DNA of 64,000 nt from Candidatus Omnitrophota bacterium. GTDB taxonomy: Bacteria; Omnitrophota; Gorgyraeia; Zapsychrales; Fredricksoniimonadaceae. The notes under the pieces were generated by a model. It made no database searches, was not told the DNA's origin, and saw nothing but the letters and a program-made list of their open reading frames with translations. The first letter of the stretch is position 1. Each line of letters begins with the position of its first letter. The stretch lies in assembly GCA_015233675.1 (NCBI GenBank), contig JADFXH010000008.1, positions 26,003 through 90,002 on the forward strand, given 5' to 3'. The position numbers and the translations under genes were made by a program. This document shows, piece by piece, positions 21,710 through 29,694 of the stretch.

Positions 21710-22732
21710 TTAAGTCGCCCCAATCGCCTGTTTTAGTTCATCAAATTCTACGGCTACTGCTCCCATTTTGCCAACAACGATCCCTGCTGCAAAATTAGCG
21801 ATCTTAGCTGCCTGAAATTTATCTGCACCTGCGGCCAGGCATAAAGCAAATACGGAAATGACCGTATCCCCAGCCCCTGAGACGTCAAAAACCTGACGTG
21901 CCATTGTCGGTATAGATACAGGTGGAGTATTATGCTCAAAAAGATACATGCCATGTTCACCTAAAGTAATTAAAAGCGACTCAATGCCCAAGAATTTTAA
22001 AAGTCCGCCGCCATTAGCTTCAATGTCTTGCTTGTTATTAAGAGTCGTTGAACGTATCCCAAAAGCTTTTCGTGTTTCTTCTGAAATGTTCTTTAAAGCC
22101 GCTTCAGCTTCTTTTTTATTAGGGGTAATACAGCTGACTTGGCCATACTCACGCAAATCTTCCAATTTCGGGTCTACGACCACCGGCATCTTATGGCACA
22201 AAGCTAATTCATGCACCTGAGCTAAAAGCCTTGAATCAACAATTCCTTTCCCATAGTCGGAAATGATGACTGCTTGAAACCCTTTCATGTGACGACGGAT
22301 AAACGGGAGAATTTTGCCTTCTTTGATCAGGTCAAGGCCTTGTGCGCTTTGTTTTTCCCGGTCTAAACGGACAATCTGCTGATGCTGGGCAATAATGCGC
22401 GTTTTAAAAATTGTATCTATGTTATTATCCACAAAAAGCCCATTAGTACGGATATTACGTTTAAGAAGCTCCCCTTTTAGAATACTGCCTTCAATATCAT
22501 CACCAATTTTACTTACCAAGGTGACATCCGCCCCTAAGCTGGCCAGATTATTGGCAACATTAGCAGCGCCTCCGGGTGTAAAAAAAGACTCTTCTTGAAG
22601 GACAATAGGCACCGGCGCCTCGGGGGAAATGCGTGATACGCTTCCCTTGATATACTGGTCAAGCACCACATCACCGATAACCAGCAGGCGTTTGCCTCTA
22701 AAATGCCGTATAATACTGCTGTATTTGGACAA
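21710..22732 (-). CDS. rfaE: D-glycero-beta-D-manno-heptose-7-phosphate kinase (RfaE domain I, PfkB family)
   Basis: 340 aa. Motifs LVIGDVVLDQY, GGAANVANNL and DVSGAGDTV. TTG start with AAGGTG 8 nt upstream. Heads the Kdo operon. Confidence 0.78.
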   Translation of the reverse strand: MSKYSSIIRHFRGKRLLVIGDVVLDQYIKGSVSRISPEAPVPIVLQEESFFTPGGAANVANNLASLGADVTLVSKIGDDIEGSILKGELLKRNIRTNGLFVDNNIDTIFKTRIIAQHQQIVRLDREKQSAQGLDLIKEGKILPFIRRHMKGFQAVIISDYGKGIVDSRLLAQVHELALCHKMPVVVDPKLEDLREYGQVSCITPNKKEAEAALKNISEETRKAFGIRSTTLNNKQDIEANGGGLLKFLGIESLLITLGEHGMYLFEHNTPPVSIPTMARQVFDVSGAGDTVISVFALCLAAGADKFQAAKIANFAAGIVVGKMGAVAVEFDELKQAIGAT

Positions 22733-22866
22733 GCGGATGCACCTTTCTAAAATTATTTTAGAATTATCAAATTAAAGAAAAGGCATTCTAACATAGTTTG
22801 CAAATGGCGTCAACTCGAAGGGTTACACCACGAAGGATTACATTAGGAAACCAGCAAATCTTGGCA

Positions 22867-23421
22867 TTAGAACAGCAGTGGCTGCAAAAATAGCCCCATG
22901 CCTAAAAGTCCTATGGCAACCAAACCAAACACCAATCCTACAATCCACATAAATTTCTTACCAAGCAATGCGCTTACTGAAGAAAGCATAATGGCTATCT
23001 GGAAAAAAACCACAGCCGCTGAGAAATAGTTGGCTTTTTTTGACAATAGTTTATTAGTTGCCGCCGCATCCTCAGCATCTTGCCTTATTTGATTTTTCTC
23101 TTTATCATACCGGGTAGCTTCTGCTGATGCTGACTTGATCTTCTGGGCAAATAATGCCTTTTGCGCGGTATTAACCGCCCCAACTATTTCAACTTCAAAG
23201 GCGTTTAGTTGTACTTCAGCTAAATTTTCTTTGATACTCTTTGCCTGATAATATGCCCATTTACTCGATTCTAAAGCAGTCAAAAGCTGGGTCTTAACAC
23301 CACAGGCGGCCCCCCGCGCAGCTGCAATGGCTGTCATAACCGCCAAACATGTTGTAGTAACCGCGACACCCTTCATCCATTTTTCTTTTAATATTTCAGT
23401 CATACCCCCCCCGTTTTTCAT
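22867..23421 (-). CDS. DUF4337-like membrane protein
   Basis: 184 aa. The SKWAYYQAKSIKENL motif after a TM helix and two C-terminal TM helices match my memory of DUF4337. The start could be the ATG at 23403. Confidence 0.55.
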   Translation of the reverse strand: MKNGGGMTEILKEKWMKGVAVTTTCLAVMTAIAAARGAACGVKTQLLTALESSKWAYYQAKSIKENLAEVQLNAFEVEIVGAVNTAQKALFAQKIKSASAEATRYDKEKNQIRQDAEDAAATNKLLSKKANYFSAAVVFFQIAIMLSSVSALLGKKFMWIVGLVFGLVAIGLLGMGLFLQPLLF

Positions 23422-23422
23422 G

Positions 23423-23872
23423 TCACTTTTTCTTAGGAACCGGCTTCTTTTTTCCGGCGGCCTTTTTTACTTTAACAATTTTCTTCTTTGTCTTAACCTG
23501 TAACGTTGGCACATCAATTTCTTTTGGTTTAACATCAACCCCTATTTTTGATAAACGGATAACTTTTCTTTTGGAAAAACAATCTTGGCAATATACCGGC
23601 CGTTCAGCGTTCGGCTTAAAAGGAATCTTGCATTCCTTTTTGCAATCTGCACAAACCGCAGGATACATCAATCTTCCTTGATTACGATCATTGGATTTAG
23701 CCGGCGATGAAGGAACCGCAGTATCACGGCCCCGCGTCTGACACTGATTTTGGGTGTTTGACGCCGATCGATTAATTAAAGTGTCTACCTTCCGGTCAAG
23801 CACAATAAGAAGTGCCTGCATTTTATTAATTAACTCCATCATTTCTATTTCATTCTTCACAGTTTGTTTCAT
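23423..23872 (-). CDS. CxxC-x17-CxxC zinc-ribbon protein with lysine-rich tail
   Basis: CADC-(17 aa)-CQDC is exactly the CxxC-x17-CxxC spacing. The C-terminal tail is KKKIVKVKKAAGKKKPVPKKK. The start at ATG 23872 is preceded by GGAGGA; the track start at 23905 is less likely. Confidence 0.6.
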   Translation of the reverse strand: MKQTVKNEIEMMELINKMQALLIVLDRKVDTLINRSASNTQNQCQTRGRDTAVPSSPAKSNDRNQGRLMYPAVCADCKKECKIPFKPNAERPVYCQDCFSKRKVIRLSKIGVDVKPKEIDVPTLQVKTKKKIVKVKKAAGKKKPVPKKK

Positions 23873-23933
23873 GCCCGTCCTCCGATTTGAACAGCAAAAC
23901 CCCAAGTGATACTATTATATTCTTCATGATAGC

Positions 23934-24275
23934 TCACAACAGCTGTTTATGGCGCACTTTCTGGTCCTTTATAAGCTGCAATAATTTTTTGTGAAACCTC
24001 GGATAACATTTGAACAAAACATCGTCAGGCGACTGCTTTGCCTGCTTAATCAATTCCATGCTCAAAACAATTAAATCCCCTGTCTCGACAAGATAATGCT
24101 TGTCTTTATTATCATACAACTCTTTGATTTCCTCAACATGCGTTTTCATCATATCCAGCAATGCGTGAGCATGATTCTTATTTAACATGCGATTAAGCCG
24201 CCTTGATTTCCCATGGATAACCTTCAGCTCCATTTTAGAGTAATTGGTTAAAGATTGTTTCATTTGTATAAGCAA
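23934..24275 (-). CDS. hypothetical protein, weak MazG-like nucleotide pyrophosphohydrolase resemblance
   Basis: 113 aa, predicted all-helical. HVEEIKEL...LVETGDLIVLSMELI resembles the MazG EExxE...ExxD pattern. This is a weak call. Confidence 0.35.
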   Translation of the reverse strand: MLIQMKQSLTNYSKMELKVIHGKSRRLNRMLNKNHAHALLDMMKTHVEEIKELYDNKDKHYLVETGDLIVLSMELIKQAKQSPDDVLFKCYPRFHKKLLQLIKDQKVRHKQLL

Positions 24276-24330
24276 TTAATGGTTTTACTTAATTTATCAG
24301 TATACTTAATGCCTTTAATTTTTCCCATGA

Positions 24331-24369
24331 ATTAAAATCGCAAGCCATTATTTATTATGACTTGCGATT
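24331..24369 (-). terminator. rho-independent terminator after the lipoprotein gene
   Basis: Stem AATCGCAAG (24336-24344) / CTTGCGATT (24361-24369). The minus strand continues TTTTAATT. Confidence 0.55.
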
Positions 24370-24418
24370 GCAAATTCTAACCAGCGGTGAGGTCGAAATA
24401 ACATTTCACATAACTACC

Positions 24419-24880
24419 TTATTTAATTTCCTCAACATTGCCTGAGCCGAACATACGGTATGAGCCAGTGTACTTTAATTTAAGCATTTGGTCTTTGGCA
24501 ATAACAACATCCTTATTATGCGGCTCGCCCCAAACAACTTTGTCGCTTTCTGCTGGATTATCTGAGGTGCCATAAAACTTCAAGGAGTGTTTGCCAACGC
24601 TCATCTTGATGGTAACATCGCTTTGCTTCTCAACAACAAGCGGAGGATTGGAGTCTATTTTGATAGCATATTTAGCGACCACCATCTGGTAAGACGGCTG
24701 TCTGGTTTGGACGAATAATGTGCCGACATCCTCTCCTTGCTTTGATACGTCAAAACTAAAGTTTTGGACCTTAGGAGGAGCCGCTTGGTTGGTAGCCTGT
24801 TGAGCGACCATGGTTGAAACGCATCCACATAAAGACATGAGCATCAGACCGCTGAGTAACATAAATAATTTTCTTTTCAT
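24419..24880 (-). CDS. lipoprotein, function unknown
   Basis: 153 aa. Signal peptide with a lipobox (LMSLCGC). No recognisable domain. Confidence 0.65.
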   Translation of the reverse strand: MKRKLFMLLSGLMLMSLCGCVSTMVAQQATNQAAPPKVQNFSFDVSKQGEDVGTLFVQTRQPSYQMVVAKYAIKIDSNPPLVVEKQSDVTIKMSVGKHSLKFYGTSDNPAESDKVVWGEPHNKDVVIAKDQMLKLKYTGSYRMFGSGNVEEIK

Positions 24881-25090
24881 TTTGATATCTCCTCTATTGA
24901 CAGGTTTTAAAGAGAAGCCCCGCCGATACCTTAAAAAATATTTTTATTAGAATACACTGATAATTCTTTTATGTCAATTTGAATGAATTGCCCTTCAGGC
25001 AACTGACGCCGAATGATCTTAAGTCGCCTTTAAATTCTTCGCGTCGCTCAAAATGCCGAGCATATGATAACACTGCAGCAAACCACATTA

Positions 25091-25131
25091 AATAAAAATC
25101 GCAAGCCGTTCATAACGAACAACTTGCGATT
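25091..25131 (-). terminator. rho-independent terminator after tRNA-Ser
   Basis: Stem AATCGCAAG (25097-25105) / CTTGCGATT (25123-25131). The minus strand continues TTTTTATTT. It starts 13 nt after the tRNA 3' end. Confidence 0.65.
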
Positions 25132-25143
25132 AGTAATTTTTAC

Positions 25144-25235
25144 TGGCGGAGAGGTCGGGATTCGAACCCGAGGACCCAGTTACCCAGGTCAATTGCTTAG
25201 CAGGCAATTGCATTCAGCCACTCTGCCACCTCTCC
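25144..25235 (-). tRNA. tRNA-Ser (anticodon GCT), CCA encoded
   Basis: The reverse complement folds as a cloverleaf. Acceptor stem is GGAGAGG/CCTCTCC and the D arm is GCA..TGC. The anticodon stem is ATTGC/GCAAT with loop CTGCTAA. There is a long variable arm, a T arm TCGGG-TTCGAATC-CCGA, discriminator G and CCA. Confidence 0.95.
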
Positions 25236-25352
25236 GAAATCTGTAAGTATCTATTTTGTTTATGGATTTATATCCAAGTCCATTTTCTACCCAAACTGCT
25301 TAAACCACCAATGTGCTAAATTTGTGCTATAACTTATTTGATTTTGGAAGTC

Positions 25353-25871
25353 CTAATTATACGCATTAATATTCAAATGTAAATTACTTTGTTCAATGAC
25401 CCTGTTTTTCCGACGATCTATGCTTTGGATCGCTTCAAATAATTGGTCTTGGGCAAGATGCGCATATCTCTGCGTCATTTTAGGTGAAGCATGACCCAGG
25501 AATTTTTGCACCACATACAAATCCACCCCGTTACGGACTAATTGAGAAGCGAATGTATGACGGAGATCATGAAATTTAAAATCTTTGATCCCCTCCTCTT
25601 CTAAAGCCTTATCAAAAGAAAAACGGATCGAGCGCAACTCGCGCTTTTTTTCAGGCCGCCAGAAGATATAGCTTATACCATCGCACCTTGGGAACCTCAA
25701 TAAGGTTTCTTTGAGAATAGGACTTAATGGAATGTGACGGGATTTGTTGGTCTTTGATAATGATTCATGGACATAAAAGATGTTATTATCAAAATCAACA
25801 TAATTACTATTGTTTTCCTGTTTCCATTTAAGCCGTATTATTGACCACTTTTGATACACCATAAACATCAC
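25353..25871 (-). pseudogene. tyrosine recombinase/phage integrase, 5'-truncated fragment (catalytic C-terminal part only)
   Basis: Contains HDLRHTFASQLVRNGVDLYVVQKFLGHASPKMTQRYAHL (the H-x-x-R ... Y catalytic box) and TNKSRHIPL. The N-terminal SAM-like domain and the first catalytic Arg region are missing. Homology begins about where the BON gene ends (25828). Confidence 0.8.
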
Positions 25872-26580
25872 TTGCTACCTTAGCGGCCATGTCTTTTGCC
25901 GCCCCGCTGGTGGCCTCACCAGTTAATGTTACTACCCCGTTAGTTGTTTCAACTCCTGTCTTAAAAGCGCTGGTTGAATGATGAGTAAAAAACGCCATCT
26001 TGACCTGTGCTGTGATGGACGCATCATCAATTTTATTATCCTTAGAGATTTCTGGCTTATTTACAACTTGCCTTATGGTCATTTCGTTTTTGACATCTTT
26101 GACGCCAGCGATGTCCTTGGCATATTCACCTGTCAGGTCTTTTTGGGCCTGGCTGTCTGCACGGCCTTTCAACGTAACGACCCCATCAGTAACACCAGCC
26201 TCAGTATTAACAGCGCTCACATTACGGTTGAAAAACAAGGCGCTTTTGACCTTCATACCAATCCACCCACCTGAATTCTTGGAAAGCTGTTGACCTTTGA
26301 CAGTCAATAGATTATCTACCCTTTTTACATCAGGCAGATTTGCCACGGTCTCTTGTGCCAATGCTTTGTGAGACTCTTCATTGACGCTGCCCGTTAATGT
26401 GACTATGCCATCCTTAGACTTGGTATTAATAGCATCCTTCTCAAGATGCGTCCTATAAACGTAGGATTACTTAGCGGAGGACTCAATACGATCATCCATA
26501 TCAGAAGAATGCACAGACGTATACGTGAACAACATCGCCGCCATAATTGCAAAAAATACACTCAAATAAATCCCCTTCAT
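25828..26580 (-). pseudogene. BON-domain (OsmY-like) periplasmic protein interrupted by an in-frame TAA
   Basis: The ATG at 26580 gives signal peptide MKGIYLSVFFAIMAAMLFTYTSVHS, then DDRIESSAK. A TAA follows at 26469-26467. The same frame then continues SYVYRTHLEKDAINTKSKDGIVTLTGSVNEESHKALAQETVANL into the 177-aa track ORF. Three BON repeats are present (VTLTG/VTLKG motifs). Confidence 0.8.
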
Positions 26581-26660
26581 AGTACACCCTCCTTCATTAG
26601 ATATTGTATTTTAGTTAATCCCCCTCTCCATGAGGCCATCATTTTTTATTACCTCCCCCA

Positions 26661-27080
26661 TCATCTTATTCTCCCTTCAAAAGTCAGATTAATTAAATCA
26701 ACCAGTTCATTATCATTAAATGGTTTTTGTAAAAAACCCGCGGTACCTGCTTTTAAAGCTTGTTCCTTAAAGTCGCTATTTCTATCCGCCGTAATAATGA
26801 TTACCGGACGGTTTGCCCTTGTTTTTATAAGTATTTGCAATGCCTGCCATCCGTTTAATCCCGGCATATGAATGTCCATGATTAAACACCCCAAAGCACT
26901 ATTGGGCACAGTGCTAAAGAATTTCTCGGCGCAAGAGTAAGTCTCTACCGCAAAACCATAAGTCTCCAAAAGAAATTTAAGAGCACGCCGCACAGACTTA
27001 TCATCATCTACAATAAAAACTAACTTTTTGTCAAAAGACAATTCTTCACCTGGCTTTAATTTTAATTCCTCAATTTGCAT
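26661..27080 (-). CDS. stand-alone response-regulator receiver (CheY-like)
   Basis: 139 aa. Motifs VFIVDDD, LIMDIHMPGLNG (phospho-acceptor Asp) and FLQKPF. No output domain. Confidence 0.85.
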   Translation of the reverse strand: MQIEELKLKPGEELSFDKKLVFIVDDDKSVRRALKFLLETYGFAVETYSCAEKFFSTVPNSALGCLIMDIHMPGLNGWQALQILIKTRANRPVIIITADRNSDFKEQALKAGTAGFLQKPFNDNELVDLINLTFEGRIR

Positions 27081-27111
27081 AATGTTGTACTATAAACGGC
27101 CATAAAATTAA

Positions 27112-28711
27112 TCAATTGTACCGTGGTATAATAGGCCTATGGTTACGACGGGCTACCTGCGTTTTTGCTGATTGTAATCTTTCAAAAAATCCATTTTTAT
27201 TAAAATCTAAACTCCATTTTCTGATGATAATCCATCCCATAAAACGGATTAAATCGTTTCGCCAGTACCAGCACCATTTCTCCCACCCCAGTTTAATATT
27301 ATGCAAAAATAAGACTATCTCAGGGAATATTAATATATCCAACCCTATTTTAAAAAGAAAGCCGAACTGATAAAAGGACGCCATAATTCTTCTTTGCGCA
27401 CTCTGCATTTCCTCAGCGGTAAGCGGCGCGTCAGGTTCGAAAACCGGGAAATTTCCGTCATAATACTCCCATCCAACATCACAAATATCATAAATCCGGT
27501 TTTGCTTCTTAAGCCTCCGGCTTAATTGTGTTCCCGGTAAGGGGACCGGCAACAAAATTTGAATAGTATCAATGCGCGCTTTTCTAATAAATTTTTGATA
27601 ACGCTTGACCATTTCTTTTGCTGTCATATCAAAAAACTGACCATCTTCAATGGGATATCCAAAAATAAACATCCCATGCACTAAAAATCCAAATTTATGA
27701 AAAACTTTTGTGAAAGATAACATTTCTTCAGGATTGATATGTTTATTCATGGCATTTAATTCTTTGGCAATCGGGGATTCAAAACCAATACAAACCATAT
27801 TAATGCCTGCGGCGCATCGCTAAAAGAAGTTGAGGGTCCTTCGCCTTATCCAGCCTTATCTACGCCGTAAAATCAAGTCGTGTACCAATGCGTTTTTGGT
27901 AATTCCGAAGCTCATAGCAAAGCTGGACTGTCTCTGTACGATGCTGCCCAAAAAGGTCATCAATAATAAAAAAATGCCTCGCAGCCCTGGTTTCAACCAA
28001 AAGTCTGATCTGTTCAAGCAGCCGCTCAGGACAAGCCGCCCGAGGCTTCCCCTTGACGGTACAGAACTCGCACTCCATGCCGCATCCCCGGATACGTTCA
28101 ACCGGATAAACCTTCAGCCGGGCATATCTTACAAGAGAAAAATCCGGCAGAGGCAATTTGTCAAAATCAAGCAATGGTTCTCTCTCATGCATGCGGATAA
28201 ATTCTCCATTTCTTAAAAACGCAATGCCTTTCACTCCAAGTATTTCGCGTTTGCCCTCGATGGCTTCAAGAAGCTCTTGAATGGTCTCTTCACCTTCACC
28301 TATAACGATGTAGTCAATACCATGAGACAAGGCGTCCATAATATGATCCTCTACAAAATGCTGCCCGCCGGCAATTGTAACCACTCCCTTGTCTTTGTAA
28401 AATTGTGCCACCTTATAAAGACAAGGGATCGTGCTTGTTAACCCGCCATAAAATCCAACAACATCAGCAGGCCTTTGTTGTTGCAAAAACTCGTGGTCAG
28501 CCCCACAGTCCTTACTCCTGGGCCCATGCTGGCGGAGATTGTTTTCATCAATCACCTCAGCATCCCATCTTGCCATTTTGTTAACATTCGTGGCCACGTA
28601 AACCGGGCCTAAAGCTGTTGTGCAGGAGGCTATATTTGAATAAATATTAAATGCCGGGTAAACAGGCGCGATCATTCTAAATCTGTATCTTTTTTTTAAT
28701 GTTTCCAGCAT
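27112..28711 (-). pseudogene. B12-binding-domain radical SAM enzyme, disrupted (in-frame TAG plus frameshift)
   Basis: The N-terminal ORF (27860-28711) has a cobalamin-binding-like domain and the CGMECEFC (Cx3Cx2C) cluster. It ends at the TAG at 27860-27862. Read-through gives IRLDKAKDPQLLLAMR, then a +1 shift near 27805-27817 joins AGINMVCIGFESP of the second ORF (27112-27798). Confidence 0.78.
27115..27132. promoter_or_regulatory. 18-bp palindromic motif, site a: ATTGTACC GT GGTATAAT
   Basis: 8-2-8 inverted repeat with one mismatch. It lies 35 nt upstream of the receiver gene start (27080) and overlaps the last codons of the radical SAM pseudogene. Confidence 0.6.
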
Positions 28712-28887
28712 AATTTTCCCTCATCTTTAATCTGTAATTCTTTTTCTTTTCCAGCTTCTTTGCCTTTGGGCCAGACGTTCAATACATCATGAAGATAATC
28801 TTTATTTTTATCGTTACACTGATACCGGCATTCTAAACAACTATTCCCATGATTCAAACATCGTAAATGGTAGCCACATATATTCAT
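28696..28887 (-). CDS. small Cys-rich protein/peptide (63 aa) translationally coupled to the radical SAM gene
   Basis: The ATG at 28887 is preceded by AGAGGA 5 nt upstream. The stop overlaps the radical SAM start by 16 nt. The N-terminal pattern is C-x5-C-x6-C-x2-C-x3-C and the C-terminal half is Lys/Glu-rich. I recognise no homology. Confidence 0.4.
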   Translation of the reverse strand: MNICGYHLRCLNHGNSCLECRYQCNDKNKDYLHDVLNVWPKGKEAGKEKELQIKDEGKLCWKH

Positions 28888-29042
28888 GTATGTCCTCTTT
28901 TCATCAAACTACACTTTATCTACCCACATACAGAAAGGGCTAAAAGGTAGGTCTATTCTCATCTGAAGAGACTTTAAAACATAAATTCTCATAAGCCTGT
29001 CCTCCTTCAATTAACATTGTAGGAGCAGGAAAAATAGATTCA

Positions 29043-29060
29043 ATTGTACTTAGGTATAAC
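29043..29060. promoter_or_regulatory. 18-bp palindromic motif, site c: ATTGTACT TA GGTATAAC
   Basis: The most degenerate copy. It lies 156 nt upstream of the Cys-rich ORF/radical SAM unit and 8 nt downstream of the FixJ-type gene stop. Confidence 0.45.
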
Positions 29061-29067
29061 AGGATTA

Positions 29068-29694
29068 TCAGTCTAGGGAGGAAGTAATGCCCGCTTTCTG
29101 GGCGAAGTGGATGAGTTCTGTTACTGTTTTAGCCTGCATCTTTTGCATGACCCTGCCACGGTGCACTTTGATTGTCTGAAGAGCATTCCCCCGCTTCGAG
29201 GCAATTTGTTTATTCAACATGCCAAGAGCCACCAAACGAAAAACTTCCAGCTCTCTAGGGGAAAGTGTCTTAATATGCTGCTTGATCTTGTTTATTTCGG
29301 CTTGTTGTTTATTTTGAATTTTATTCTTGGCAATAGCACGCTCAATGGCATTAAGCAGCTTTTTCTCGGTAAATGGCTTAGGCAAGAAATCTATCGCCCC
29401 GGCCTGCACGGCTTTCACGCTCATGGGGATATTCCCATGTCCAGTGATAAAAACAATAGGAACGTTCACCTGTTGGAGAGCCATGGTCTCCTGAAGGGCA
29501 AGTCCGGAGATACCCGGCATACGGATATCCGAGACCAGGCATGAGGGCACTTTAGGGTGCTTAAAGCTCAAAAAATCTGCCGCACAAGGGAATGTTTCAA
29601 CTTTAAACCCATGTTGTTCCAACAATAGTTTCAAAGCCTTGCACACAGAAGCATCATCATCAACGATATAGATAATCTGCCCATGGTTGTTCAT
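29068..29694 (-). CDS. FixJ/NarL-family response regulator (REC + LuxR-type HTH)
   Basis: 208 aa. Motifs IYIVDDD, LVSDIRMPGISG and FLPKPF. C-terminal LSPRELEVFRLVALGMLNKQIASKRGNALQTIKVHR. The start overlaps the kinase stop (ATGA). Confidence 0.9.
   Translation of the reverse strand: MNNHGQIIYIVDDDASVCKALKLLLEQHGFKVETFPCAADFLSFKHPKVPSCLVSDIRMPGISGLALQETMALQQVNVPIVFITGHGNIPMSVKAVQAGAIDFLPKPFTEKKLLNAIERAIAKNKIQNKQQAEINKIKQHIKTLSPRELEVFRLVALGMLNKQIASKRGNALQTIKVHRGRVMQKMQAKTVTELIHFAQKAGITSSLD

Noticed and set aside
25064-25246. 60-aa plus-strand ORF overlapping the tRNA region.
   Set aside because: It is the antisense read-through of tRNA-Ser and its terminator. The tRNA cloverleaf explains the sequence.
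26467-27862. Alternative genetic code or stop-codon reassignment as an explanation for the in-frame TAA and TAG.
   Set aside because: TAA, TAG and TGA all terminate well-supported genes throughout the window, e.g. TAG for the YeaQ-like gene, TAA for kdsA and TGA in the ATGA overlaps. In addition, two of the three damaged genes carry frameshifts.
29087-29188. 33-aa hydrophobic plus-strand ORF (MPAFWAKWMSSVTVLACIFCMTLPRCTLIV) with a GGGAGG SD, antisense to the 3' end of the FixJ-type gene. I considered it as a type I toxin-like peptide.
   Set aside because: The SD-like sequence is simply the complement of the Ser-Ser-Leu codons at the regulator C-terminus. There is no independent promoter, terminator or conservation evidence.
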